Part shown: positions 1-9,365 of the stretch, one piece after another
How positions within the stretch are numbered: position 1 is the stretch's first letter
How the letters are laid out: every line of letters begins with the position of its first letter
NCBI GenBank assembly: GCA_051745145.1
Contig: JBNJDT010000003.1
Location: 1-64,000 of the forward strand
Origin: Elusimicrobiota bacterium
Lineage (GTDB): Bacteria > CG03 > SLGR01 > JAGXOG01
Reading direction: 5' to 3'
DNA: 64,000 nt
Translations under genes and position numbers: made by a program
Notes under the pieces: generated by a model
Seen by the model: only the letters and a program-made list of their open reading frames with translations
Database searches by the model: none
Told to the model about the DNA's origin: nothing

Positions 1-129
1 ATTGAAGCTTTTAAAGTTTACCGGGCAAAAAAGGAAGGACTTACCGATAATATTTCCCGTATAATAACCCATTCGGCAATGTTTATACTGATGACCGCGG
101 TTATAAGTATAAATCTGCTCGTTTTTTAA
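1..129 (+). CDS. C-terminal fragment of a probable membrane protein (runs off the window start)
   Basis: Frame 1 is open from base 1 to TAA at 127-129 (IEAFKVYRAKKEG...AMFILMTAVISINLLVF*). It has a hydrophobic tail and converges on the next gene. Confidence 0.55.
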   Translation: MEAFKVYRAKKEGLTDNISRIITHSAMFILMTAVISINLLVF

Positions 130-131
130 TT

Positions 132-989
132 TTATATTCCTATCAGAATTAACCCCAGACACATCAATACCGTTCCGACCACATTAAAAGTAGTAATTTT
201 CTCATCAAAAAACACTTTGCCTATAAGTAACGTAAACAGCATTCCCGACCTTTTTATGGCTATTACATAACTCACCAGAGTAAGTTTAAGAGCTACCATC
301 TGAGATATTACCATAAAGGCACCGAATACCCCCAGTATAAATAATTTTCCTTTGTGTTTTACTACTTCTTTTTCAAAATCCGGATTTTTATATTTAAGAA
401 AAGGAAGATAAAAGATAAGAAACCCTGTGTTAAATACCACAATAAAGAAAAACGGGCTGGAAGCTTCCACAGCCACTTTATCCATGGCCCCCGCAAAACT
501 CCAGATAAAAGCAACTATCAACATAATCAAAGAGCCTTTCTCGTTTTTTATTTCCTTTATGGGGGCTAAAATTCCCCGGGATATCTCTTTAAAATTAATC
601 AAATACGCTCCCCCGGTTATTAAAATTATACCGGTCAGTCCTTTGAGATCGGGAAGTTCACCTAAAAACAGATACCCCGTACCTATTAAAAAAATGGGAG
701 TAAAAGAAAGAAACGGATACGTAAGACTCAAAGGGGATAGTTCAAGCGCGGTGACAAAAAGAGTGTAAGCTACCATATTCAATATTAGGGAGCCCGGGGC
801 AGCCCAGAAAAAATTGGTTGAAATTTGGGGGATGCCGGTTATCAATAAAGGTATTATAAGTACGGGAAGTGCAAAAGAAAACATAGACCAGGTAGTAGTA
901 AATCTATCTACTTTTTTAGTAGTTTTTTTACTCCATGCCCCTTGAGCGGCGTAAAATACAGCGGTCAAAAGTGAAAGTACAAACCACAT
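132..989 (-). CDS. EamA/DMT family transporter
   Basis: 285 aa with about 10 hydrophobic segments in two EamA-like repeats (LGE...G, FFDEK). Confidence 0.85.
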   Translation of the reverse strand: MWFVLSLLTAVFYAAQGAWSKKTTKKVDRFTTTWSMFSFALPVLIIPLLITGIPQISTNFFWAAPGSLILNMVAYTLFVTALELSPLSLTYPFLSFTPIFLIGTGYLFLGELPDLKGLTGIILITGGAYLINFKEISRGILAPIKEIKNEKGSLIMLIVAFIWSFAGAMDKVAVEASSPFFFIVVFNTGFLIFYLPFLKYKNPDFEKEVVKHKGKLFILGVFGAFMVISQMVALKLTLVSYVIAIKRSGMLFTLLIGKVFFDEKITTFNVVGTVLMCLGLILIGI

Positions 990-1011
990 AAATTTTAATT
1001 AAACTTAAACC

Positions 1012-1872
1012 TCATATTTTCTGAAAATATCCTCTGTCTAATTCCAGTTTCTCAGAATAAGATACACTACTTTTGTATTCTTCTTTAGTCAAACGCCTTC
1101 CCAGATATTTGTAATTTAAAACTTTGTAAGCCGGATGGTACTGAGCCATTAAACTTAGATAAAATTTATCCTGGAACTTTTCGGCTAAGAATTTTAATAT
1201 TTTTCTGCTATTTTTTAAATATCCCGGTAATACAAGATGGCGGATCAAAAGTCCCTTTACAGCAATTCCCTCCTTATCAATCTCAAAATTTCCCACCTGC
1301 CGGTACATCTCTTCTAAGGCCATCTTATTTATTTTAAAATAATCCCTGACCCCGCAAATTTTTTGACTTAATTTATTATTCCCGAATTTGGCATCGGGCA
1401 TATATATATCCACCAGGCCCTCTAATTTTTTTAAGGTTTCGACTTTCTCATACCCGCCGCAGTTATAAACCACGGGAATTTTTAAAGTTTTTCCCTTTAT
1501 TTCTTTCAAAATTTTTATTAAATGGGGAGTATAATGAGTGGGGGTTACTAGATTAATATTGTGAGCTCCTTTACTTTGTAGTTTCAACATAATATTTATT
1601 ACTTCTTTATAGGAAAATTCTGTCCCGTTTCCAAAATGGGATATGGGGTAATTCTGACAGAAAGAACATTTCAAAGAACAGTGTGAAAAAAATATTGTCC
1701 CCGAACCCCGGGTACCGGAGATGGGAGGTTCTTCGCCGTGGTGCAAATTCCAGGAAGCTACTTTAAGCTCATCCCCGGCTCCGCATTCTCCTCTATTTTT
1801 TAACCGATCCGCATGGCATTCTACCGGACAGACAGTACAATTCTCCAAGTCGTAATTACTGTAATTTCCCAT
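1012..1872 (-). CDS. Radical SAM protein, PflX-like (PFL-activating-enzyme-like)
   Basis: CxxxCxxC (CSLKCSFC), N-terminal CxxCPxxC, HHGEEPPISG, HNINLVTP, DIYMPDAK, IRHLVLP. Confidence 0.85.
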   Translation of the reverse strand: MGNYSNYDLENCTVCPVECHADRLKNRGECGAGDELKVASWNLHHGEEPPISGTRGSGTIFFSHCSLKCSFCQNYPISHFGNGTEFSYKEVINIMLKLQSKGAHNINLVTPTHYTPHLIKILKEIKGKTLKIPVVYNCGGYEKVETLKKLEGLVDIYMPDAKFGNNKLSQKICGVRDYFKINKMALEEMYRQVGNFEIDKEGIAVKGLLIRHLVLPGYLKNSRKILKFLAEKFQDKFYLSLMAQYHPAYKVLNYKYLGRRLTKEEYKSSVSYSEKLELDRGYFQKI

Positions 1873-3133
1873 TTAAATTATTAACGTAATTTTTAAGCCC
1901 GAAAATATCGTCCCATTTTTTAAGTTCAAATGTAGGAAAAATAGAATTATTATGGAGCAGAGGCTCTTTTACTATTTTTCCGGGCAGTCTGGTTTCATCA
2001 TCCGACCCGGGAACCACACCATATTCGGACAGTTCCGTCTTGATACCCTGGCTGTGTAGAAATTGAGCGCTCTTTTTGACCTCCTCCAGGGTCTGCCCGG
2101 GTTCCCCCAAGATAAGATAGGCGGAAATATTCTTTTTTTCATATCCCGCTTCAGACATATTTTTAACTGCCCGTTTTACTTCTTTCTTTGAAGTTTTTAC
2201 ACTTTTTTTATTCTGGTCGTTATATAAAACATCAACGGCAAGTTTGGGTATTTTAAAATTATTCTTTTTTAGCAAGTCCGAAGTTTTTCTATCCAACCGG
2301 GATATTTCCAGGCCATTGGGCGTATAAAAATTAAGATCTTTTAGTTTATTAGTTTCAAGAAATTTTAAAAGCTGCCCGTTCCTTAAGAGAGAATCATCGT
2401 AAAATACAAAATTATCCGTCCGATACTTCCTCTTAAGATAATTAATTTCATTCTCAATCGTATCTCTATCCTTACAGAAAAACCCTCCGGATATTTTATT
2501 TATTCCACAGTAGGGACATCTTCCCGGGCATCCCCGGGACGTTCTAAAAGCCACGTATTCATTTTTATAGAAAGAAAAATCCGGCGGGGGCCAGTTAGAA
2601 AATGCCACCGGTTGCTCGCCTATATGTTTAAAAAAATTATTTAAACTATTTCCCTTAAACAAAATGCATTCCGGTAACTGCTCCCGGGCATGCTTAAAAT
2701 TTAAAGTTACATAAGTTCCCCCTGCCAGTATTTCTGATGAAGGAAACTCTTCTTTAAGAATATTAACTGTATCCACCAGGGCCGGATACCAGTAGGTCAT
2801 CCCCGATGAGATAACAATATAATCCGGGGAATCCATCCCGGCAATCAAGTTTTTAAATTTTGTTTTTCCCAGACCGTATCTCTTATAATTCCGGGGATAT
2901 TTTTTTAAAATTTCATTTTTTGGAATCGGCTCACTGGAAAAATGTCCCCGGCCGTGGGTATCGCTTTTTGAAGACGGTAAAAGATGATGATTTCTATCCA
3001 TACAGTCTATAAGTTCCACCCGGTGACCTCTATTTTTTAAAATAGCCGATATATACAAAAGTCCCAGGGGTTTTAGCCAGTAGTCATAGGCTGCAAAATC
3101 ATATATGAAAGGATTGACCAAAAGATATTTCAT
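1856..3133 (-). CDS. B12-binding domain radical SAM protein
   Basis: N-terminal PLGLLYI...GGTY cobalamin-binding-type domain; SRGCPGRCPYC; FYDD. Confidence 0.8.
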   Translation of the reverse strand: MKYLLVNPFIYDFAAYDYWLKPLGLLYISAILKNRGHRVELIDCMDRNHHLLPSSKSDTHGRGHFSSEPIPKNEILKKYPRNYKRYGLGKTKFKNLIAGMDSPDYIVISSGMTYWYPALVDTVNILKEEFPSSEILAGGTYVTLNFKHAREQLPECILFKGNSLNNFFKHIGEQPVAFSNWPPPDFSFYKNEYVAFRTSRGCPGRCPYCGINKISGGFFCKDRDTIENEINYLKRKYRTDNFVFYDDSLLRNGQLLKFLETNKLKDLNFYTPNGLEISRLDRKTSDLLKKNNFKIPKLAVDVLYNDQNKKSVKTSKKEVKRAVKNMSEAGYEKKNISAYLILGEPGQTLEEVKKSAQFLHSQGIKTELSEYGVVPGSDDETRLPGKIVKEPLLHNNSIFPTFELKKWDDIFGLKNYVNNLNGKLQ

Positions 3134-3149
3134 TATTCTGTCGGGAAAA

Positions 3150-4061
3150 TCAGTCTACCTTTTCATCTTCCGGTATAACACTTGCCGGTTCAATATGTAC
3201 GGTTGCCTCTATTGAAAGCCGGTCTCTTATAAGTTTTTCCGCCCGGGAAACTTTATCATGGGCTTCTTTCAAATTCATATTCCCCTCAAAACAAAGGTGA
3301 AAGGTAAGTTCCCTGTGTTCCCCGTATTGGTGAATATGAAAATGGTGGGCATATTTAGATTCCGGTATCTCATCTTTAATTAAATTAAACACTCTGTCTT
3401 TCAGTTCCCGGGATACCTGTCTGCCCAGTATGTTATATACGGTATCTTTTAAAATTTCGTAAACCGCATGGAACAATACCAGAGATATAATTATTCCCAG
3501 AAGGCCGTCCAGCCACCAGATATCTCCTCCCAGCAGTATACTTATAATTATTACCGCGGATGTAATAGCGTCAGTTCTGTGATGCCAGCCATCGGCTCTT
3601 ATAGCGGAAGAATCTATCTTTTTATCCAGCCAGAAAGCCAGCTGGGCATTTAATTCTTTAACCACTACCGAAACCCCGATTATTACCATTGCCGCAGTCC
3701 CGAAAACCGCAGTTTCCCGGCTGTGTAATTTAATTATAGATTCTTTAAGAAAGTTAAAACTAACCGTACCCAGGAGAGTGGCGATAATAATAGAAATTAC
3801 ACTCTCCATTCTTCCGTGTCCGAAAGGATGTTCACTGTCGGCTGATTTTCCGGAGATTTTAAATCCGGCGATTACTAAAAGCGAGGTGACAGAATCGGCA
3901 ATTGTATGCCAGGCGTCAGCCATAATAGCTACGGAATTGCTTATCATACCCGCCCACAATTTTAATCCGAATAAGGTTACATTTACAATAATGGAAACCC
4001 ATCCTTCTATGTAACCGTATTTTTTACGGTCTGAATCAGATTTTAAAATATTTTTACTCAT
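3150..4061 (-). CDS. Cation diffusion facilitator (FieF-like) metal transporter
   Basis: ADAWHTIAD, HPFGHGRME, HHRTD metal-site motifs and a C-terminal dimerisation domain ending HIEP. Confidence 0.9.
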   Translation of the reverse strand: MSKNILKSDSDRKKYGYIEGWVSIIVNVTLFGLKLWAGMISNSVAIMADAWHTIADSVTSLLVIAGFKISGKSADSEHPFGHGRMESVISIIIATLLGTVSFNFLKESIIKLHSRETAVFGTAAMVIIGVSVVVKELNAQLAFWLDKKIDSSAIRADGWHHRTDAITSAVIIISILLGGDIWWLDGLLGIIISLVLFHAVYEILKDTVYNILGRQVSRELKDRVFNLIKDEIPESKYAHHFHIHQYGEHRELTFHLCFEGNMNLKEAHDKVSRAEKLIRDRLSIEATVHIEPASVIPEDEKVD

Positions 4062-4119
4062 TAAGTTAAAATTATATAAGTCTCCTGTTTTTTCTTAGAA
4101 GTACCTGAAATTAAAAAAA

Positions 4120-4330
4120 TTACCGTTTTCCTACAGGATAAATAAAGAGAGGTTCTTCTTTTTCTGTTTTAAGCAGGTTAGTTTCCAAACTCTCTATTAA
4201 CGCCTCCGAGTCAATAAATACTCCGGCGGAATACCTGTCCTTCATATATGCGGCGTCTTTTTTGGACCGCTCAAAAGATTAAGATTAAAAATACCAGGCC
4301 CCATATTAATTTAAGTCTATTCAGGGGCAT
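4120..4330 (-). pseudogene. Possible decayed SagB/ThcOx-type nitroreductase remnant
   Basis: Signal-like ORF 4330-4271 (MPLNRLKLIWGLVFLILIF*) is followed in another frame by FERSKK...AGVFID...EEPLFIYPVGKR* (stop 4120-4122), resembling the SagB-like C-terminus EEPLYIxPVG. Confidence 0.35.
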
Positions 4331-5147
4331 AGTCTTTTATGATTTCAATATATTTTTGTCCTTCCTTTTTTTTATCTCTTTTAAAACAACCATTTGCGTA
4401 TATATTACATTTTCGTTTGAGCTCTGTAAAGGCATTTTTATACTGTTTTTGGCTTAAATTTCCACTGTCCATAATTTTTGTTATGGCCCGGACTCTGAAC
4501 CGGTCCATCCCCATATATTTTTGAGACTGCTGACCGGCGTGTCCCCCTTCTTTTTCGGTAAGAACCCGGTCAATTAAATAGACCGGATGCCCGGCCGCGA
4601 CCCTCAGCCAAAAATCGTAATCCTCACAGGCGGGCAAATTTTCGTCAAACATTCCTATCTTATCAAAAAGATCCCTCTCTACCACAGCCGTGGATATACT
4701 TATGCAGCATAGCTTCAAACACCTTTTAAACACATACCCCGTGGGTTTGCGGTGTCTTTTTTTCTGATTTAACAGCTGGCCGTTCCTGTACCATTTTTCC
4801 TGGGTATGAAAAACTCCGTAGTCGGGATTATCTTCAATAGCCTTTCGGGTTATCTCAAGTTTTTCTTCTAACCACCAGTCGTCAGAATCCAAGAACGCTA
4901 TATACTTTCCGGCCGCCTCTTTTATCCCCCGGTTCCGGGCCCGGCTAACCCCCCTGTTTTCCTGATACAGGTAGGTTATTCTTTTGTCCGGATATTTTTT
5001 TATCAACCGCTCAGTACCGTCCGTAGAACCGTCGTCCACCACTATCAATTCAAAGTCTTTAAAAGTCTGTTCCAATACGGACTCTACCGCCTTGGATAAA
5101 AATTCCCTGCGGTTGTAGGTGGGAATTACAACGCTAAAATAAGGCAT
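4317..5147 (-). CDS. Glycosyltransferase family 2
   Basis: SVVIPTYNR, VDDGSTD, FLDSDD (DxD), EDYDFWLR. Confidence 0.9.
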   Translation of the reverse strand: MPYFSVVIPTYNRREFLSKAVESVLEQTFKDFELIVVDDGSTDGTERLIKKYPDKRITYLYQENRGVSRARNRGIKEAAGKYIAFLDSDDWWLEEKLEITRKAIEDNPDYGVFHTQEKWYRNGQLLNQKKRHRKPTGYVFKRCLKLCCISISTAVVERDLFDKIGMFDENLPACEDYDFWLRVAAGHPVYLIDRVLTEKEGGHAGQQSQKYMGMDRFRVRAITKIMDSGNLSQKQYKNAFTELKRKCNIYANGCFKRDKKKEGQKYIEIIKDYAPE

Positions 5148-5179
5148 TTTCTCTATTAGTCTCTTCCCTTTACTGTCGC

Positions 5180-5680
5180 CTAATTAACTTCTTCATAGCT
5201 TAACTGCCGGTCGGAATTTCCTTCCAAAAAATAATCCACTACTGTTTTATCCTCATATTCTACCTCATCCTCCCAGCTCACCACTAAAGATTTTTCATCG
5301 TAATAACTCAACTGCCTGGATATATATTCGTTTATCTCATTACTGCTATTTTTCTTGTCATTTATTATTATCATTCCCACGATTATTGCAGCCGCCACGG
5401 CCAGGGCCGGCCAGATCGGTTTTAATTTCATAAAAAAAGATTTTTCGGGTTTGAGAATATTTTTCTCCTCCCTTATTTTCCGCTCTATATTCTCCCAGAC
5501 CTTATCCGGAGGTCCAGTCTTAGCGGTTTCCTGAAATTCTAACTGTATTTTTTTGATATCCCGGACAAACTCCCGGCATTCTTTACAATTTTTAAGATGA
5601 TCTTCTATTCGGCCCATCTTTTCCTTTGAAAATTCTTGATCTATATATTTATTTAATTCTTCTTTAGAATATTTTTTCAT
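5180..5680 (-). CDS. Zinc-binding (ZAS, zf-HC2) membrane anti-sigma factor
   Basis: HLKNCKEC (HxxxCxxC), one TM helix, immediately downstream of the ECF sigma gene; GGAGG RBS. Confidence 0.85.
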   Translation of the reverse strand: MKKYSKEELNKYIDQEFSKEKMGRIEDHLKNCKECREFVRDIKKIQLEFQETAKTGPPDKVWENIERKIREEKNILKPEKSFFMKLKPIWPALAVAAAIIVGMIIINDKKNSSNEINEYISRQLSYYDEKSLVVSWEDEVEYEDKTVVDYFLEGNSDRQLSYEEVN

Positions 5681-5700
5681 ATTTTCCTCCCGGATACGAT

Positions 5701-6234
5701 TTAATTTTTATATTCCCCGTAATAAACTTTTCTAAGCTTATTTCTGGTCCGGTAAATTTTTGTCTTAACAGTTCCGAGTTTCATATCCAAACTCCTGGAA
5801 ATCTCTTTATAACTTAACCCCTCAAACTCTCTTAAAACTATTATTAATCTCTCTTCAGAGGATAACTTTTTTAAAAGTCCGTCTACAATTTCCTCTCTCT
5901 CTAATCTATCTAATTCTTTTTCAGTTTTTTTTTGAGGTATTTTCATATTTTCCACACTATCTGTGCGTCGGCGCTTTTCTCTGGCTACATAGTTTAATAT
6001 AGTATTTATTGAGACGCGGTAAAACCAGGTTTCAAAAGAAGATTTAAAATTAAATTTATTTATTTTTTTAAAAAGTTTAACAAAAACTTCAGATACTGCG
6101 TCCTCTGCCATATTCTCAGAACCCGTATATTTTAAAGCTAAATTCCAGGCAAAATCCTTGTAACTTTCATATATAGTCCGGAATGCATCTTTATCCTTGG
6201 CCATTGCTTTTTTTAAAGTCGAGTTCTTTACCAT
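5701..6234 (-). CDS. ECF RNA polymerase sigma factor (sigma70 group 4)
   Basis: Region 2 (AEDAVSEVF...FETWFYRV) and region 4 (GLSYKEIS...GTVKTKIYR); 177 aa. Confidence 0.92.
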   Translation of the reverse strand: MVKNSTLKKAMAKDKDAFRTIYESYKDFAWNLALKYTGSENMAEDAVSEVFVKLFKKINKFNFKSSFETWFYRVSINTILNYVAREKRRRTDSVENMKIPQKKTEKELDRLEREEIVDGLLKKLSSEERLIIVLREFEGLSYKEISRSLDMKLGTVKTKIYRTRNKLRKVYYGEYKN

Positions 6235-6250
6235 TTTTATCTTGTATTTA

Positions 6251-6280
6251 TTAGACAGTTCAACCTGCCGAAAAGTTTCA
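6251..6280 (-). promoter_or_regulatory. Putative autoregulated ECF promoter
   Basis: Minus strand TGAAACTT-N16-GTCTAA just upstream of the ECF gene; matches the sigmaE/sigmaW-type GAAC...GTC consensus. Confidence 0.65.
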
Positions 6281-6306
6281 TTATATTTTAAAAAACTTAT
6301 ATTCTA

Positions 6307-6618
6307 TCAGCTGACTGTTTTTTTATAAGTTTCATACGCTTCCATAGTAGCCGGAAATCCGCAGGTGGGCATAAGCAGTAAAATGACGTGTTTTATCTGG
6401 GCCTCGGAAGCATTAAATTTACGGGCTTTCTCTATATGGGTCTCTAAGGCCTTATGATGCCCGGAAGCTGCTGAGATAGCTATTTTAATAAGCCATCTGT
6501 TTTTATCATCTATGGGACCCCCGTCCAGATGTATTTTTTTGCCCAGCTCAACGTGTTCCCCGTAAACAGATGAAAATTCCTCTTTAAATTCCTTAAAAAT
6601 TTTGTGAATGTCTTTCAT
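6307..6618 (-). CDS. Carboxymuconolactone decarboxylase/AhpD-like protein
   Basis: LIKIAISAA...H...A...EAQIKHV...CGFP pattern; 103 aa; AAGGAG RBS. Confidence 0.8.
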   Translation of the reverse strand: MKDIHKIFKEFKEEFSSVYGEHVELGKKIHLDGGPIDDKNRWLIKIAISAASGHHKALETHIEKARKFNASEAQIKHVILLLMPTCGFPATMEAYETYKKTVS

Positions 6619-6647
6619 TTTTACTCCTTTTTGTTTTCTTTATAAAA

Positions 6648-7019
6648 TTAATCAAAGCCGGTAATTTTATATTTTTTTAAATAAATAGAGGCATACCCTA
6701 AAAGACAGCCAATCCAGTCAAACGCCATATCATACAGGCTCATATGCCGCCCGGGAACAAAACTCTGATGGTATTCATCGGTCACCGCGTAAACGGAACT
6801 AATTACTAAAGCTAAAATGCGGGCTTTTAAATTTTTCCGGGTAAAATTAAAAATAACCAGAATATATAGAATAAAATATACCCCTACATGAGCAGCTTTT
6901 CTAAGATACAAATCCCATATTCCAAAAGGAGATTTCAATGACGGTACGGAAGAAAAATAAAATATTAATCCCGCCCACAAAACGGCGGGAACAATCTTTC
7001 TGATATCAATACGGTCCAT
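6648..7019 (-). CDS. VanZ family membrane protein
   Basis: RKAAH...Y, DEYHQSFVPGR...D motifs. Confidence 0.85.
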   Translation of the reverse strand: MDRIDIRKIVPAVLWAGLIFYFSSVPSLKSPFGIWDLYLRKAAHVGVYFILYILVIFNFTRKNLKARILALVISSVYAVTDEYHQSFVPGRHMSLYDMAFDWIGCLLGYASIYLKKYKITGFD

Positions 7020-7061
7020 AACGGTTTTTATAAACTGAAGGTACCTCTTATTCGGTTGTAT

Positions 7062-7352
7062 TTAAAACCCTATATTTTTCCCCGGTTCTTTCATCCTGGA
7101 AATTTTACCGAATCTTTTTTCGTATTTTTTAATATTTTCCTCAAGGGCTTCCTTTAATCTTTTAGCATGTCCGGGAGAAGTAATAATTCTGGACCTGACT
7201 TTCCCCTTATTTGTCCCTGGAGGCAAAAAGACAAAATCCATTATAAATTCTTCTTTTTTATGATTTATAGAACTTAAATTTACATATTCCCCCATGGCCG
7301 TCTCGTCATCTATACTAATTTCAATTTTTTTTCTTCTATCTTTTTTATTCAC
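7062..7352 (-). CDS. DUF3467 domain protein
   Basis: GEYVN...EFIMDF...RIITSPGHAKRL...YEKRFG. Start moved to the GTG at 7352, which follows an AAGGAGG RBS. Confidence 0.8.
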   Translation of the reverse strand: MNKKDRRKKIEISIDDETAMGEYVNLSSINHKKEEFIMDFVFLPPGTNKGKVRSRIITSPGHAKRLKEALEENIKKYEKRFGKISRMKEPGKNIGF

Positions 7353-7426
7353 TTTTTTCACCTCCTTAGTGCCATCTTCCCACTGGATATAAACATGATC
7401 GCCTTTTCTATAGCTTTTTGGATTCA

Positions 7427-7624
7427 TTATCTGTTAAATAAAGCTAATATTAAACTCGCTATCACTGATAATATAATAGAAGTTGCAATGGGTAAATACA
7501 GGGTGAAATTGTCTTTTTTAATAACTATATCCCCGGGCAACCTTCCCAGTCCAAAATTATAGAGTAATCCTCCGGTTACAAAAACCAGGCCCGTTATTAT
7601 AAGTATTTTAGAAATGGGGTGCAA
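7427..7624 (-). CDS. DUF2905 small membrane protein
   Basis: GRLPGDI...F..YLPIATSI motif between two TM helices. Confidence 0.8.
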   Translation of the reverse strand: MHPISKILIITGLVFVTGGLLYNFGLGRLPGDIVIKKDNFTLYLPIATSIILSVIASLILALFNR

Positions 7625-7631
7625 AAATTGT

Positions 7632-8087
7632 TTAAACGGCTGTAGTTTCTATTATCCTGAATTCGGTTATCCTGGAATTCTCTTTTATACTTAATTCGGT
7701 TAACACATTTAACGGAATTACTATTTCACCGCTTTCTTCAATAATTAAATTGGGATGAGTGGCGCCGGCCTTTAAAAGTCTCGAATGAGGCTGAATAAAT
7801 GCCTTTTGAACTGGCGCTATAGTAAATCTTTCGTTAAGTTTTACCAGATAACTGCCGGGTTCAATTTCCCACCAGCCGTAATCATCCTGGGGATCTTTTT
7901 TACGGGGTTTAAGGGGCTTTTTCTCTCCTTTACTATACTCTCCGCCGCCAAAATCCAGTTCTCCGCCGGCGGTTACTTTATAAAGTCTTCCCACAGTAAG
8001 GTCAACACAATGTTTGTGAACCTGTTTTTTTTCGTAAACTATATCTTCTAAATAATTTGCCGCCTCGTTACCTGTTAAAAATCTCAT
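7632..8087 (-). CDS. dCTP deaminase/dUTPase-like protein (short, haloarchaeal-like family)
   Basis: VDLTV, DFGGGE, DDYGWW, YLV..NE, KEN.R; trimeric dUTPase-fold pattern. Confidence 0.7.
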   Translation of the reverse strand: MRFLTGNEAANYLEDIVYEKKQVHKHCVDLTVGRLYKVTAGGELDFGGGEYSKGEKKPLKPRKKDPQDDYGWWEIEPGSYLVKLNERFTIAPVQKAFIQPHSRLLKAGATHPNLIIEESGEIVIPLNVLTELSIKENSRITEFRIIETTAV

Positions 8088-8117
8088 AATTTTTAACGCC
8101 CTCCTGAAATTTTTTAA

Positions 8118-9365
8118 TTACTCTCTGTCTTCTTTTTCTAATATCTCGTAGGCAAGTTTCTTCCCCAGCTCCACGCCCGGCTGATTAAACGGGTCAACGC
8201 CGAACATATACCCGGTTATACAGCAAGCTTTTTCCAGTTGATATAATAATTCCCCGGCATTGTAAGCATCAATTTTAGGAATTTTTATATTAACACTGGG
8301 CCGGTCTACTTGGGTAAGTGCTTTCTGAGTGCCTTTTAACTCGGCATTAAAAAGATCTCTCATACTTTTTCCGCTTAAAAAATGGTCATCGTAAACAAGT
8401 TCCAACTCAGGCTGCTTTTGCCTGACGCTTAAGAAAGTTATAAATTTATCATTAGGTCCCTCCATGTAAAGCTGTACCTGGGAATGTTGATCAGTTGTTC
8501 CCAGAGCTTTTACCGGAGTAGGTCCAATATGTTTATTTTTCCCCAGAGATTCCGCCCACAGCTGCCGGAACCAGTCCGCTGTTCTCTCCAGCTTTTTTGA
8601 ATAGGGCATAAATACATTTATATTTTTACTTTTCTTAAAAAAATAATACTGCAAAGCCGCATACTCCACGGGAAATCTTTCTTCTTCTTCGGCATCGGCC
8701 GCCCCTTCTAAAAGCTGTTCAATATCTATCCCGCAAACGGCGGCGGGGAACAGACCCACTTCAGAAAGTACAGAGTATCTCCCCCCCACATCTTCGGGTA
8801 TTGAATAAGTGGCAATATCTTCTTTTCTGGAAAACTCCCTTAAAAATCCTTCTTTGCCGGTGGTAAAAACCAGGTGTTCTCTCCAGTTTTCAGTTTTATC
8901 TTTTAATTTTTCAAGAAAATAAAAAAAGTTGGAAAGAGTCTCTGCCGTACCCCCGGATTTAGTTATCACGTTAAATAAAGTTTCCTCTGGATCTATAATT
9001 TCTTCAAGGCTTTTCACCCAGGCCGGGTCCACATTGTCCACGGCAAAAAATCGGGGAAGATTTTGGGGTTTTTTAATATTGTGATAAGGGTGATTTAACA
9101 TGCTGTAAAGCGTAATGTTGCCCAGAGCCGAGCCTCCTATTCCCAGTATAACGATATTATTAAATTTCCTATAGGATTTAGCGTCTTCTTTTATTTTCTT
9201 AGCTACGTCAAATCTAAACGGGAGTTTCATAAAACCGGGCTTATCTTTTTTAATCTGCTCCAGATTTTTAAAGCCGGTGCCGGTAAGGTGTTCTAATTTA
9301 TCTTTTGTTATCCCTTCGCGACCTATATTTTTAGATAAGCTGTTCTCATAATTTAAAGATATCAT
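8118..9365 (-). CDS. pgi: Glucose-6-phosphate isomerase
   Basis: GIGGSALG, KSGGTAET, GGRYS, QLWAESLGK, DQHS, QPGVELGK. Confidence 0.95.
   Translation of the reverse strand: MISLNYENSLSKNIGREGITKDKLEHLTGTGFKNLEQIKKDKPGFMKLPFRFDVAKKIKEDAKSYRKFNNIVILGIGGSALGNITLYSMLNHPYHNIKKPQNLPRFFAVDNVDPAWVKSLEEIIDPEETLFNVITKSGGTAETLSNFFYFLEKLKDKTENWREHLVFTTGKEGFLREFSRKEDIATYSIPEDVGGRYSVLSEVGLFPAAVCGIDIEQLLEGAADAEEEERFPVEYAALQYYFFKKSKNINVFMPYSKKLERTADWFRQLWAESLGKNKHIGPTPVKALGTTDQHSQVQLYMEGPNDKFITFLSVRQKQPELELVYDDHFLSGKSMRDLFNAELKGTQKALTQVDRPSVNIKIPKIDAYNAGELLYQLEKACCITGYMFGVDPFNQPGVELGKKLAYEILEKEDRE

Noticed and set aside
4271..4273. In-frame TGA as possible selenocysteine or recoding
   Set aside because: Readthrough gives only 19 more codons before another TGA, with no redox motif or evident SECIS. 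Other genes in the window use TGA as a normal stop.
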